DNA from: an uncultured Acidobacteriota bacterium
Lineage (GTDB): Bacteria; Acidobacteriota; Thermoanaerobaculia; Gp7-AA8
Assembly (NCBI GenBank): GCA_963741955.1
Contig: CAVUKB010000005.1
Span: 1,216,001 to 1,280,000 of the forward strand
Reading direction: 5' to 3'
DNA length: 64,000 bases
Shown here: in pieces, positions 37,901-47,696 of the stretch
Position numbering within the stretch: position 1 is the first letter of the stretch
Layout of the letters: each line of letters starts with the position of its first letter
The notes under the pieces: model-generated
Seen by the model: only the letters and a program-made list of their open reading frames with translations
Told to the model about the DNA's origin: nothing
Database searches by the model: none
Translations under genes and position numbers: made by a program

Positions 37901-39264
37901 TGGAAGTGACACTGGGAGGCGAGCTGGAAGGATTTCTCGTGTTCGACAACTTCACGGATCCCGAAGCGTTCAAAAGATCCGACGTCCTGCGCCTGGGACG
38001 ATTCCGCGAACATGCAGTCTCCGCCATCACCAAGGCTCGTATCCTCAGGGAGCGCGAAGCGAAGAATCGGGAAGCGGTCGAAGCCAGCCGTGCGAAGAGC
38101 ACGTTCCTGGCGAACATGAGTCACGAGCTTCGAACCCCGATGAACTCGATCATCGGGTTCTCGGAGATTCTGGTGGAACGGCTGGAGAACCGGATCGACC
38201 CGAAGGAGCACAGCTTCCTGCAATCGATCCTCACCTCGGCGCACCACCTGCTGGACATCATCAATGACGTGCTGGATCTCTCCAAGGTCGAAGCCGGGCG
38301 CATGGAGATTTACCGCGAGCGTCTCGACGTCCGTGCGACGATCGAGAGTATCTGCCACCTGATGCGCGGAATCTCGTCCAAACGCAACATTGGGATTTCC
38401 GTCGATCTCGACGATCGGATCCCGGAGATCGAGACCGACGCCTCGAAGTTCAAGCAGATCCTTTCGAACCTCCTGTCCAATGCCATCAAGTTCTCTCCGG
38501 TCGGCTCCGAGGTCGTCGTGGCTGCGCGCTGGAATCCGGAGACGCTGCCGAACGCCGGCACCGTGACCGTCGTCGTCTCCGATCAGGGAATCGGAATCGA
38601 TCCGGGAGATCTGCCGGTGATTTTTCAGGAGTTCCGGCAGATCGATTCGTCGGCGCGCCGCGGCTATCCCGGCACCGGACTCGGGCTGTCGCTGGTGAAG
38701 CGTTACGTCGAGCTTCTCGGTGGGAGAGTCGACGTCGAGAGCGCTCCGGGAATGGGCAGCAGATTCTCCTTCACTCTACCGGTGCGACTCGGCAATGAAC
38801 CGAGCGTCTTTCAATCGGCGCCGGAGCCGACGTTCGCTCGAGTTCTTCTGATCAAGGACGATGCCGGTTCTCTCGAAGAGATCGAAACGGAGCTGACGGC
38901 GGCACACTTCGTTCCCCGGCGCTCCAGCAGTGCCGAGGCGATGGCCGCAATCGCTCGGGAGCGACCCGGCGCAATCGTGGTCGCAGCGTCCACGACGTCC
39001 GGCAATGTGGCGATCCTGAAGGAAATCGCCTCAACCGAGTCGGCAAGAGAGATTCCGATGATCGTGGTCGGTACCGAGTCGGATCGCGAGCTGATGATTG
39101 CACTCGGCGCTCGCGATTCCTTCGTCTGGCCCCTGAACCGTGAGCTGATCATTCACCGCCTGCGCGATCTGACGCAAGGCGTTCCCTCCGGAGCCCGGGA
39201 TCTCCAGCTGACAGGCGAGATCGAACTGCGCGGCTCCCGCCCACCTCGACAGCCGGAACACTGA
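34924..39264 (+). CDS. Sensor histidine kinase: beta-propeller / Y_Y_Y, TM, GAF, HisKA, HATPase, degenerate receiver
   Basis: Repeated DxxGxLW propeller units. YRTRLVGYDSDW, FLANMSHELRTP, NLLSNAIKF, DQGIGI and GTGLGL motifs. Start may be ATG 34963. Confidence 0.92.
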   Translation: MRSSLEPSPLRWRMLLLPIAVLWLSAGTMSAQELPFRHFTPDREMSPLPSASVQKVYQDRLGYIWFSFFSSGLARYDGHSLELYDGSSNLPDLTIRELTEGKDGRLWVGTDAGLAVSDRPLGQYPPGAKVKFVTTVGGTHLTESAVRRSCLRVSPAGDVMVGTDEGIFRYSWTSNGLLTAELFRTEMLEPGRNEGITCMLFRRTGEFWVALSSGEILIYDTVALANQRPPRILSSVDGLPESVVTALYETEDGTLYGGCTNGEVWEVQPSDRPTFRIVSRELSTRIVAIVSSRDGDLWIASLGSGAVKIPPGNAPHVLITRRAGLISDTLWSLLADREGNLWFAQNGGVSRLKADYSAYGAWTARSYTGEKPVLTDPNTFAVIPPTTAKQGMNSWTWVGTGGGVTAIDSDGSAETFTRAEGLESSSVYALGEDRAGTIWIGGVGGLASLTPEGARPPAPLGMSRARQVMLLGRKFEARRYDAGKTYFVLSHSVGSPPEGTAAVGATWFAESRGVAALVGDRWYLFSQRSGLPRSGALSVAFDESGYLWVSSRDSGIYRTIRPLTPEQLSAAPPADGATLTEIRQPLFEPFWSKRDGAPTNAVHSLLWAAGRMWAGTSAGLAVFESNSRRPSAILGPENGLGGGNVISLAFDEGRGVLWVAQNQGLAQVDPTSLSVRRIIGSQDGLLDNESWGYGSVAVSHDGTVYIATPKGLSWFHPQLARVNLVPPVLQFRRFELHDRPSGNNDLEIEYAALTFSNERRVRYRTRLVGYDSDWSEPTREVKLRYTNIPAILFRKSYTFEVMACNGDGIWTPRPMTRTFSVLPPIWSRWWSWLIYLGLLGVAVQIGHRVRTAQLKNRTGILEELVSVRTSEIAAQAEELDTLDRIVQAINREVNLEALLRALLEQGQILFPQAEKGAFVILDRDRNRCEIAAVTGYDSGITREIGLSLEEAVVRYAKSGEKLGEGVYLVKEFGALAGEQKMRQIPRPRSMLAMEVTLGGELEGFLVFDNFTDPEAFKRSDVLRLGRFREHAVSAITKARILREREAKNREAVEASRAKSTFLANMSHELRTPMNSIIGFSEILVERLENRIDPKEHSFLQSILTSAHHLLDIINDVLDLSKVEAGRMEIYRERLDVRATIESICHLMRGISSKRNIGISVDLDDRIPEIETDASKFKQILSNLLSNAIKFSPVGSEVVVAARWNPETLPNAGTVTVVVSDQGIGIDPGDLPVIFQEFRQIDSSARRGYPGTGLGLSLVKRYVELLGGRVDVESAPGMGSRFSFTLPVRLGNEPSVFQSAPEPTFARVLLIKDDAGSLEEIETELTAAHFVPRRSSSAEAMAAIARERPGAIVVAASTTSGNVAILKEIASTESAREIPMIVVGTESDRELMIALGARDSFVWPLNRELIIHRLRDLTQGVPSGARDLQLTGEIELRGSRPPRQPEH

Positions 39265-39272
39265 CGATCGAC

Positions 39273-41441
39273 TCATCCGATCCGGATCCGGGCGTCGACC
39301 GCAACACTCCCCTTTCCAGGCACTCGTGCCAGAAGCGGATTGATGTCGAGCTCCTGGATGGAAGGAAGGTCGATCGCCATCTGACTCACTCGAAGCAACA
39401 CTTCCACGATCGAGTCGCGATCCGCGGGGCGCGACCCGCGAAATCCGTCGAGGAGCTTCGCCGCGCGGATGCGTTCGAGCATCTCGCGTGCATCGCGATC
39501 GGTGATCGGCGCGACGCGGAACACCACGTCCTTCCACACCTCCACGTTCACTCCGCCGAGCCCGAAGGCGATCAGTGGGCCGAAGCTCGGGTCACGGCTC
39601 ATTCCGACGAAGATCTCGACTCCCGCACCAGCCATCTGCTGGACGATCGCGCCGGCCATCGCCTCGGGTGGATAGCCGTGCGCTTCGATCGAGCTCCGTA
39701 TACGCTCGAAGCCCCGCCGGAGATCCTTTTCATTCTTCAGATTCAGGACTACCCCGCCCACGTCGCTCTTGTGCACGATGGTTTCCGAGCTGAGCTTGAG
39801 CGCGACCGGATACCCGAGCTCTTCGGCCGCATCGACGGCCGCATCAACGTCGGGAGCAAAACGGGACCCGAGGATCGGCACTCCGTACGCAGTGAGGAGA
39901 TCACCGGCACGATCGGATCCGAGCCAGGTTCCGGCGGCCGATGCCCCTCCTTCGGGAGTGACCAACCGGCGTGCGCGATCGAGATCGACCTCGAAAACCC
40001 GATGCTCACCGGGAGGAATCGAGAGCCACTCACCGTGACGGACGGCCCGGGAGAGCGCCAGAGCCGCGGCTTCGGGAAATGCGTACGAGGGGATCTTTCC
40101 TTCGTGCAGCGACGAGAGTGCGGGCGGGATCCCGTGCGTTCCCATCAGGCAGGTCAGAACCGGTTTCTTCTGATGGGATTCTGCCGCCGCTCGACAGATT
40201 GCCGTGGCCACTTCCGCGGCCTCGGTCATGATCGGAGGAACGAATAGAACGATCACCGCGTCGATGCCCGGATCGTGAAGGAGGAGCCTGAGCCCTCTCT
40301 CGTACGAAGAGGCCGTGGCGCTCGCAACCATGTCCACCGGATTTCGAACCGAGGCCTCAGGAGGGAGAAAGGCCCGGAGCGAGGAAACCGTCTCAGGCGC
40401 AAGCTCCGGAAGGACCAACCCCCGATGCTCACACGCATCCGAGGCCATGATTCCGGGACCTCCTCCGTTGGTGAGGATGGCGACTCGGTTTCCGGAGGGG
40501 ATCGGCTGATTCGCGAGCAGCATCGCCATGTCGAACAGCTCTTCGATGGTATCGGTGCGGATCACCCCGGCCTGTTCCAGCAGCGCGTCTACGGCCACGT
40601 CCTTCGACGCGAGGGCGCCGGTATGGGAAGACGCCGCACGCGCGCCAGCGCCCGTGCGACCGCTCTTGACTACCGCAATCGGCTTTTTGCGGCTGATGCG
40701 CCGAGCGATCTCGAGGAATCTCTTGGGGTTTCCGAAGCTCTCGAGATAGAGGAGGATGGTGTTGATCGCAGCATCCTCTTCCCAGTACTCGAGGAGGTCG
40801 TTTCCGGAAACGTCGGCCTTGTTGCCCACACTGACGAATTCACGCACGCCGATTCCGAGCTCGTTCGCGTAGTCGAGAATCGCGACTCCGAGCGCACCGG
40901 ATTGAGACGAGAAGGCCACCGAGCCGGAAGGCGGCCAGGTGGGAGCGAATGTCGCATTGAGGCGTACTTCGGGATCGGTATTCACCACCCCGAGGCAGTT
41001 AGGCCCGACCAACCGGATCCCGTTGCGCCGGAGCTTCGCGACGAACTCGTTCTGCAGTGCCCGTCCTCCCTCGCCGACCTCCGCGAATCCGGCCGTCAGG
41101 ATGATCAGGCCTCTGACTTTCTTTTCGATGCAATCGTCGACCACGGTCGGAACCAGACTGGCCGGAACGCAGAGCACGGCGAGATCGACTTCGTCCGGAA
41201 TGCTCGTCACCGTCGGGTACGCACGGATCGACTGAACGAACTGCGCGGTCGGGTTCACCGGGTACACGACACCCTCGAATCCACTTCGTACCACGTTCTG
41301 CAACACTTCCGCTCCGATTGCTCCCCGTCGCCGTGAGGCGCCTACGATGGCCACGGAGCGTGGACGGAAGATTGCGTCGAGCGCACCGACGGAACGTTTC
41401 TCGGGGATCGCGGCGGAAAGGGTCTGGTCTGCAATGGACAT
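39273..41441 (-). CDS. Acetate/acyl-CoA ligase (ADP-forming), fused alpha-beta
   Basis: GPNCLG, SQSGALG, GNKAD, ASSHTGAL (phospho-His), HKSDVGGV and ELDINPL motifs. GGAGG RBS. Confidence 0.92.
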   Translation of the reverse strand: MSIADQTLSAAIPEKRSVGALDAIFRPRSVAIVGASRRRGAIGAEVLQNVVRSGFEGVVYPVNPTAQFVQSIRAYPTVTSIPDEVDLAVLCVPASLVPTVVDDCIEKKVRGLIILTAGFAEVGEGGRALQNEFVAKLRRNGIRLVGPNCLGVVNTDPEVRLNATFAPTWPPSGSVAFSSQSGALGVAILDYANELGIGVREFVSVGNKADVSGNDLLEYWEEDAAINTILLYLESFGNPKRFLEIARRISRKKPIAVVKSGRTGAGARAASSHTGALASKDVAVDALLEQAGVIRTDTIEELFDMAMLLANQPIPSGNRVAILTNGGGPGIMASDACEHRGLVLPELAPETVSSLRAFLPPEASVRNPVDMVASATASSYERGLRLLLHDPGIDAVIVLFVPPIMTEAAEVATAICRAAAESHQKKPVLTCLMGTHGIPPALSSLHEGKIPSYAFPEAAALALSRAVRHGEWLSIPPGEHRVFEVDLDRARRLVTPEGGASAAGTWLGSDRAGDLLTAYGVPILGSRFAPDVDAAVDAAEELGYPVALKLSSETIVHKSDVGGVVLNLKNEKDLRRGFERIRSSIEAHGYPPEAMAGAIVQQMAGAGVEIFVGMSRDPSFGPLIAFGLGGVNVEVWKDVVFRVAPITDRDAREMLERIRAAKLLDGFRGSRPADRDSIVEVLLRVSQMAIDLPSIQELDINPLLARVPGKGSVAVDARIRIG

Positions 41442-41546
41442 GATGCCTCCGAGTGGCAAGCTACGCATGGCGCAGCGTCGGCTCGATGATGGGGGTCACC
41501 GGCAGCTGTGATCGCAGACCGGACGGATGTATCGCATACGGGCGGA

Positions 41547-42047
41547 TCAACGGTTCTCGCGACTCTTTCGAGCATCCTCGAGACGGCGGACCTTGCGTGC
41601 GTGTCGCACCCGCCCGAGGAACACGTTCAACGCGTGATCACGCGAGAGGAACGGAATCACCGGCCGGGAGCGCTGTCCGAACGCACGCCATACCGATTTG
41701 AGCTCGGCATTCTCGGGCATGACCCGAAGACCCTCTGCCAGTGTCTCGACCGCCTTCCGCCGGTTCCCTCCTGCCATGTAGACCCGGGCGAGATTCGCGT
41801 AGTGCTCGCCGTGGTAGAACTGAAGCTCGATTGCGCGCTTGCAGAGGTCGATCGCAGGTTTGATTTTTCTCTCGACCAGTGCGAGGCAGAGACCGTAGTA
41901 GGAAAGCCCGTCCGGAGTCTTTTCCGAATTCTGGGATGCATACGCAGACTGAAGCAGCGTCAGCGCGCGCAGATAGTCTTCCGATTGAGCAGCTGCGATC
42001 CCGTGACGAATCGCAAGCGTGATCTCCTGATCGGTGTACTCCGTCAC
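41547..42047 (-). CDS. TPR protein
   Basis: SYYGLCLA...AIDLCKRAIE...YANLARVY TPR-like pattern. Coupled to the upstream gene by a 4-bp overlap. Confidence 0.8.
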   Translation of the reverse strand: MTEYTDQEITLAIRHGIAAAQSEDYLRALTLLQSAYASQNSEKTPDGLSYYGLCLALVERKIKPAIDLCKRAIELQFYHGEHYANLARVYMAGGNRRKAVETLAEGLRVMPENAELKSVWRAFGQRSRPVIPFLSRDHALNVFLGRVRHARKVRRLEDARKSRENR

Positions 42048-42739
42048 TTCGTTACCCCCGTCCTGGAGCGATGGACGAATCGGTCGATTCGCTCTTGATC
42101 CCGTTCACTCAGATTAGCAAATTCCAGCGCGAATCGTGGAGTCCCACCGGCAAATTCGGCTCGTATGAGACGAGCTTCCGCCCGGACCTCCACCGGATCA
42201 CCGGGAAGGAAGAAAGAGACCGAGAGCGCAGCATCGGGCGGCAGCTGCTGTCCCGATCGAACCAGAATCCCTCCCCGCGAAACGTTCACCGCGTCTCCGA
42301 GTACTCTCTGGGACGCAGTGGCACCCGACAATTCGATCCTGGTGAGCGTCCGCAGATCACGCCTGACCGGAACCGAAATCAGCCTGGCAATCTTGGCGTC
42401 GAGATCGGTCTCCAACTGCGTCGCGAGGACCGCGTCGTTACAACCCGCTGCCATGCAGAGGTCGGCGATCTCCGGCGGTCCCTCCACGACGAGCAGGAGA
42501 GACGTCTCCCTGACCTCTTCTTCTTCACGAACCAGCCGGCAGAACTCCGGCGGGGTCATGTCCGCCATGTCCGATCCGAAGATGACGAGACGAGGACGAT
42601 GTGTGCGGATGGCGAGTATCGCCTCCTCCCCGGAGGCGACCACCATCATCCGCTCCTCGTCACGAAGAACCATCGATCCGGCAGCCGGAAGAGCCGCGGA
42701 CCCTACGATCATGATTCTCGGAGACTGCGGATCGCTCAC
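42044..42739 (-). CDS. Degenerate receiver domain plus PilZ domain protein
   Basis: REC-like N-terminus (RPRLVIFGSDM, acceptor Asp absent). PilZ motifs RRDLR and NVSRGG. Confidence 0.78.
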   Translation of the reverse strand: MSDPQSPRIMIVGSAALPAAGSMVLRDEERMMVVASGEEAILAIRTHRPRLVIFGSDMADMTPPEFCRLVREEEEVRETSLLLVVEGPPEIADLCMAAGCNDAVLATQLETDLDAKIARLISVPVRRDLRTLTRIELSGATASQRVLGDAVNVSRGGILVRSGQQLPPDAALSVSFFLPGDPVEVRAEARLIRAEFAGGTPRFALEFANLSERDQERIDRFVHRSRTGVTK

Positions 42740-43878
42740 ACCGAAATCTCCCTCAGCCGCGAGACGGCCGCGGCAAGGTCGATCAGAAGCAGATCGATCT
42801 GCTCATCGGTGTTGGACCGCCCGAGCCCGAACCGTATCGACGATATCGCCATCGCTCCCTCCACTCCGATCGCCTCGAGGACATGAGATGGATCGCGGTC
42901 ACCCGAACTGCATGCCGCTCCGGACGAAAGTGAGAAGCGTCGAAGCGCCATCATGATCGCTTCGGCATCGGCATGCTCGAAACTCACGTTGAGGTTACCT
43001 GGTAATCTTAACTCCCGCGGACCGTGGACGACAGTCCCGGGAATCTCGCCGACGATTCGTTCCCAGAGGCGATTGCGGAGGGCGGTCAGGCGGACCGCTT
43101 CGTCTGCCATCTCTTTCTCCCGAAGACGGAGGGCCTCCGCCATTCCGATGATCCCCGGAACGTTCAGGGTGCCGGACCGAATCCCTTTCTCCTGCCCTCC
43201 ACCGGTGATCAACGGGGGAACGCGCAAGCCCCGCCGGACGAATACCGCTCCGGTCCCTTTCGGTCCGTAAAACTTGTGCCCGGAAAACGAGAGGAGATCG
43301 CACGGAATCTCGCTCAGGTCGAGCGGTATCTTGCCGACCGCCTGAGTGGCGTCGGTATGAAAAGGGACACCCCGTCGGTGGCAAATCTCCGCGAGGGCTG
43401 CGAGAGGCTGGATCGTTCCGATCTCGCCGCTCGCTGCAATGATCGATACGAGCGACGTATCGTCACGGATCGCACGCTCGAGATCGGCGGGATCGATGAA
43501 ACCGTCCCTGTCGGGCTGAAGCAGGGTGACCTCGATTCCCTCGTTGCGGAGACGCGTGGCTGGGACGAGGACGGATTTGTGCTCCACCGCGGTGGTGATC
43601 AGATGCCGTCCCCGGAGCTCCGCGAGGCCATTCAACACGAGGTTGTTCGACTCTGTCGCACCGGCCGTGAAATAGATCTCGTTCGGACGGACGCGAAAGA
43701 AGCCGGCGATCACCGATCGTGCTTCCTCGACCGCCGTCGCGGCCCGGCGTCCGTGCGCATGTGTGACGGCAGACGGATTGCCGAATATCTCGCCGAAGTA
43801 GGGCACCATCTTTTCCACCACGCGCGGATCACAGGGGGTGGTCGAGTGGTGGTCGAGATAGATCGGATACTCGTTCAT
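42736..43878 (-). CDS. iscS: Cysteine desulfurase (IscS/NifS family)
   Basis: IYLDHHSTTP, FGNPS, HTDATQAVGK, SGHKFYGPKG and SSGAACSS motifs. Confidence 0.92.
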   Translation of the reverse strand: MNEYPIYLDHHSTTPCDPRVVEKMVPYFGEIFGNPSAVTHAHGRRAATAVEEARSVIAGFFRVRPNEIYFTAGATESNNLVLNGLAELRGRHLITTAVEHKSVLVPATRLRNEGIEVTLLQPDRDGFIDPADLERAIRDDTSLVSIIAASGEIGTIQPLAALAEICHRRGVPFHTDATQAVGKIPLDLSEIPCDLLSFSGHKFYGPKGTGAVFVRRGLRVPPLITGGGQEKGIRSGTLNVPGIIGMAEALRLREKEMADEAVRLTALRNRLWERIVGEIPGTVVHGPRELRLPGNLNVSFEHADAEAIMMALRRFSLSSGAACSSGDRDPSHVLEAIGVEGAMAISSIRFGLGRSNTDEQIDLLLIDLAAAVSRLREISV

Positions 43879-43892
43879 GGCTCGCCTCGTGG

Positions 43893-45194
43893 TCAACGGC
43901 GGCGGCCATGGTGCCGGCGCGATGGGGTGCGTGGCCGATCCACATCCTCGATTTTTCGGGCGCGCTGCGCGGCGACCTGCCACAACCGGAAAGTCTCCAC
44001 GTGAACGCCCGACGATAGAGCGTAGAGCTCGAACAGCGCGAGCGCCTCCTGGAATGGCTCCCGGAAGACGAACCGCCAGAGGCTTTTCCGATCCGAGGGG
44101 GGTTCGAGCAGCCGCCAGAGCGTCTCCAGATTCTGCTCGAGCTGGTGCCGGATCCCGGCCGGAACGGCAAAGCGCTGCAGAATCGGATGGACGATCTCGC
44201 GAATGAAAATGAGAACATCCCCGACGCGCATCCTACCGCCGCGCCGGCGCTCTTCCGCCTCGATCTGTCGCATGACGCATGGAAGGAGCAGCCCGGAAAG
44301 GAGCAGTGCGTCCGATGCCCTCCGCCCGGCCTGCACCGAACGATCGAGAACTTCCATCATCTTCCAGAAATACGATGAATCGTCTTCACGGAGCAGTTCG
44401 TACAGCTCCGGGATCAGTGCCTCCAGAAGCGTCGTCTCCAGCATCAGCTCCATTGAGTCGAGAGCCCACCCGCGACGCAGAAGCTCCAGGATCTCCTCGA
44501 GTACCCGCACCGCGGAGGCCTTCGTAATCTCATTCCGGTGCCGGACGAGAGCGTCGTACGTGTCGGCCTCGATCTCGAAATCGAGCCGCGCCGCAAACTC
44601 GACCGCTCGCATCATCCGCACCGGATCCTCACGGAAGCGGATGTCCGGATCTCCGATCACGCGGATCAATCTCTCATGGAGATCTTCGATCCCTCCCACG
44701 TAATCGATCACACTGAAATCGGCAATGTTGTAGAAGAGACCGTTGATGGTGAAGTCCCGGCGGCGTGCGTCCTGTACCGGAGTTCCGAACGTGTTGTCGT
44801 CCGTGACCAGCAGCTCTTCGTCCGCTCCGCGGTTCTCCGGTTCTCGCCGGAATGTCGAGCATTCGACGATTCCGTCCTGAAACAGGATGTGCACGAGCCG
44901 AAACCGGCGTCCGATGATCCGGCTGTTGCGGAAGAGGCGCCGGACCTGGGTCGGATGTGCGTCGGTCGCGACGTCGAAGTCCTTCGGAGTCCGATCCATC
45001 AGGAGATCGCGCACGCTCCCACCGCACAGATAGGCCCGGAACCCACTTCGATGAAGACGATAGAGGACTTTCAGAACGTTCTCCGGGATGTTTCGGCGCG
45101 AGATGCGGTGGTCAGACCGCTCGATCACGACGGCATCCGGATACACGGGGGCCGCTCTCTCGTCTCCATCTCCTTCGAAAAGTTCCTGACTCAT
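43893..45194 (-). CDS. pcnB: Poly(A) polymerase I
   Basis: GGSVRDLL, PKDFDVAT, PAP signature IIGRRFRLVHI, RRDFTIN and EDPVRMMRA. Confidence 0.9.
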   Translation of the reverse strand: MSQELFEGDGDERAAPVYPDAVVIERSDHRISRRNIPENVLKVLYRLHRSGFRAYLCGGSVRDLLMDRTPKDFDVATDAHPTQVRRLFRNSRIIGRRFRLVHILFQDGIVECSTFRREPENRGADEELLVTDDNTFGTPVQDARRRDFTINGLFYNIADFSVIDYVGGIEDLHERLIRVIGDPDIRFREDPVRMMRAVEFAARLDFEIEADTYDALVRHRNEITKASAVRVLEEILELLRRGWALDSMELMLETTLLEALIPELYELLREDDSSYFWKMMEVLDRSVQAGRRASDALLLSGLLLPCVMRQIEAEERRRGGRMRVGDVLIFIREIVHPILQRFAVPAGIRHQLEQNLETLWRLLEPPSDRKSLWRFVFREPFQEALALFELYALSSGVHVETFRLWQVAAQRARKIEDVDRPRTPSRRHHGRRR

Positions 45195-45302
45195 GAATGA
45201 CCTGCGCGATCCCGGCCGCTGAGGGATCTGCTCATGCGCTGCTCTTCCGACCGAATCATACCCGACACCGGCGGTCGCCGTACGGGCCGGCTCACCCGGA
45301 GG

Positions 45303-46055
45303 TCACAACTCCTTGTCCGGGCCTTCGACGTGGTGATAGTCGCTGTCGATGATGAAGAACGTCCGGTACCACCTCGTCCGGGTGAAGAAGTGGGTCGCCA
45401 CACCGAGCAGAGCTTCGACCTTTCCCGTCGCTGTCGCGTTCTCGCTCTCGTACGAAGAAGGAGAGCGGTACGACCAGTAGACGAGCACCGGTTTGCCTTT
45501 GATCATCGACCGCGGCACGGTGCCCCAGTAACGCGAATCGTACGATTTGTCGCGGTTGTCGCCCATCATGAAGTAGGTTCCCGGAGGAACGGTGTACGGC
45601 CCGAACTGATCCCTGAGCCGGTAGACTTCGGGCAGCCCGGGATAGTCCCGATAGATCTCCGGATCCGAGTGGAGCGCGTACGGTTCAGCGAGAGCCTGCC
45701 CGTTGATATAGACGACCTTGTCGCGAATCGTCACCGTCTCGCCCGGCAGTCCGATCACCCGCTTGACGTAGTCGACCGCCGGATCCCGCGGGTAGCGGAA
45801 CACCGCGATGTCGCCGCGGTGGATCTCCCGGAACGGGAAGAACTCCTTGAATGCAGGAATTGCGGGAGGGCCATCGACGAACTTGTTGACGATGATGTGA
45901 TCGCCGACCAGCAGATTGTCCACCATCGAGGCGGTCGGAATCTTGAAGGCCTGAAAAACGAAAATGCGCGCGAAGTTCACGAAGATAAGCGCAATCAGAA
46001 GCGCTTCGAAATATTCGCGTGCAGTCGACTTCTTTGCCGCAGTTTCATCGCTCAT
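45303..46055 (-). CDS. lepB: Signal peptidase I
   Basis: IPTASM (catalytic Ser), YVKRVIGLPGE (catalytic Lys) and MGDNRDKSYDSRYWG motifs. Confidence 0.95.
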   Translation of the reverse strand: MSDETAAKKSTAREYFEALLIALIFVNFARIFVFQAFKIPTASMVDNLLVGDHIIVNKFVDGPPAIPAFKEFFPFREIHRGDIAVFRYPRDPAVDYVKRVIGLPGETVTIRDKVVYINGQALAEPYALHSDPEIYRDYPGLPEVYRLRDQFGPYTVPPGTYFMMGDNRDKSYDSRYWGTVPRSMIKGKPVLVYWSYRSPSSYESENATATGKVEALLGVATHFFTRTRWYRTFFIIDSDYHHVEGPDKEL

Positions 46056-46058
46056 CGG

Positions 46059-47561
46059 CTATCGTTGCTCTCTTCCGAATTTTTCCCGCAGCACGCGCGA
46101 AGCGTACTCGTCGGGATCGAACTGCCGGGGGATCCGGATCACGCTCGAAACAGGCCCCGAGCTTCGGATCTGCACCGCGCTCCCCGAGACACTCCCTCTC
46201 CTTACCGGCAGAAGATACGTGAAATTCCATCCTGTCGGAGCGCCGGACAGCGCCACGGCTGCGGGGTCGTGCGCCACGACGACGATATTCGAGTGGTCAA
46301 CCCAGCCGAGATCGGCAACTTCGCTCCAGAACGCCTTCGTCAGCGCGCCATGTTCGCCTGGCACGACGAGGACTCCCGCGTCGGTATCCCGAACCACCGC
46401 CGCCCGCGCCGAGCTCCACGCGAGCGGATCGTCGTCGACCATCCAGAGGATCAGCGGATACTTCACCCCGTAACGGATCACCCGCGGAGGAATGAGGACT
46501 GCCGTCGTTCCCGGTGCGACGATCCGGTCGAGCGGCTCCTGATTCGAGAACTCCGATGCGACGACCACCGAGCGGTCACGGCCGGCGTACGTCATCGATT
46601 CGATCTTCGAGGACGCTTCGATCGACGACCAGGTGACGTAGAACTTTTCGGCTTTCGGTTCCCAGGCGATCCCCTGGATCGAAGCGTACGGAAGATCCGC
46701 GACGACCTCGAACCCGGTCGGGACATGGACGGTCCGGATGATCGCGCCATCCGGGAGACGGACGACGTACGAGATCTTGTGCCCTCGAGGAGCCCAGGTG
46801 ACCGTGGTCTCATCGGCCGGGTCCGGACCGATCCAGCGAATGTCCGACCCGTCGACCGTGACCAGACCGACGTCGTGCTGCGTTGCAGCGTTGCCTCCGG
46901 CGCGCCGAAGCGCAGAAACGACGATCTCGATCCCGTCGGGATCAGCCGCCCACGAATCGATCGAAGCGAGAGGCTCCGTGGTGATCGCCTGGCGGGTCCC
47001 TTCGCGATCGACGCGCGTGAGCTGCTCCCCGTCGCGGGTCGCTTCGATTCCGACCACGAATGGACGCTTCGGAAGAATCGCCGGCTGCCGCAGTCTCGGC
47101 AACTCGATCGTCGTCCCCTCCCGGTGCCACACGAGGCCATGATCGGTCGATTCGATGAAGTCGCTGGCGTTCAGGGCGGCGACGACATTCCGTCGCCGGA
47201 TCGTACCGTCCGGCTCGAGCCACGCCGCACCATCCGGGCCGTCCGCGACCAGACTGCCGTCAGAGAGAGAGCTCAGCCGGTCCGGACAGAACGAGAGCGG
47301 AGTCGGCCGGTGATCGCTCCTCCTCGCCAGACTCATTCTCTCCAGAACACAACCGTCCGGTTCACGAATGGCGTAGTAGAGACTCGCTCCGTCGTGAGAG
47401 ACCGTCGTCGCGACGATCATTCCGCCGTTCATTCCGGAAGGAGGGGCGAGCTTCACGGCGTCGGCGGGACGAACCTCTTCCTGGTTTCGAGGAGTCGAGA
47501 CGGCGGTAGTACATCCGGAGAGGATGAGAATGACGGAAAGGAGCCGAATCGCCCGCGGCAT
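46059..47561 (-). CDS. Lipoprotein with TolB/S9-like beta-propeller repeats
   Basis: Lipobox LSGC. WAADPDG, WAPRG and WEPKA propeller-like repeats. TGaTAGAAT lies 8 nt upstream of the ATG (leaderless-like). Confidence 0.65.
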   Translation of the reverse strand: MPRAIRLLSVILILSGCTTAVSTPRNQEEVRPADAVKLAPPSGMNGGMIVATTVSHDGASLYYAIREPDGCVLERMSLARRSDHRPTPLSFCPDRLSSLSDGSLVADGPDGAAWLEPDGTIRRRNVVAALNASDFIESTDHGLVWHREGTTIELPRLRQPAILPKRPFVVGIEATRDGEQLTRVDREGTRQAITTEPLASIDSWAADPDGIEIVVSALRRAGGNAATQHDVGLVTVDGSDIRWIGPDPADETTVTWAPRGHKISYVVRLPDGAIIRTVHVPTGFEVVADLPYASIQGIAWEPKAEKFYVTWSSIEASSKIESMTYAGRDRSVVVASEFSNQEPLDRIVAPGTTAVLIPPRVIRYGVKYPLILWMVDDDPLAWSSARAAVVRDTDAGVLVVPGEHGALTKAFWSEVADLGWVDHSNIVVVAHDPAAVALSGAPTGWNFTYLLPVRRGSVSGSAVQIRSSGPVSSVIRIPRQFDPDEYASRVLREKFGREQR

Positions 47562-47696
47562 CGGGCCCGATTCTATCACCCCGCGGAACCGCTCCCTGTC
47601 GATTGCACGCGAGTGCTCCAAAGCGATAGGATTCGCCCGCGAAGCCTCACGTCTTCTGCTTTGCACCTCATCCTCTCGAATCTTTCAGGAGGCAGT

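Noticed and set aside
45234-47696. Apparent 1364-aa PutA-like fusion
   Set aside because: The first 821 codons are antisense to lepB and the lipoprotein gene and show no proline dehydrogenase motifs. pruA starts at 47697 after AGGAGG.
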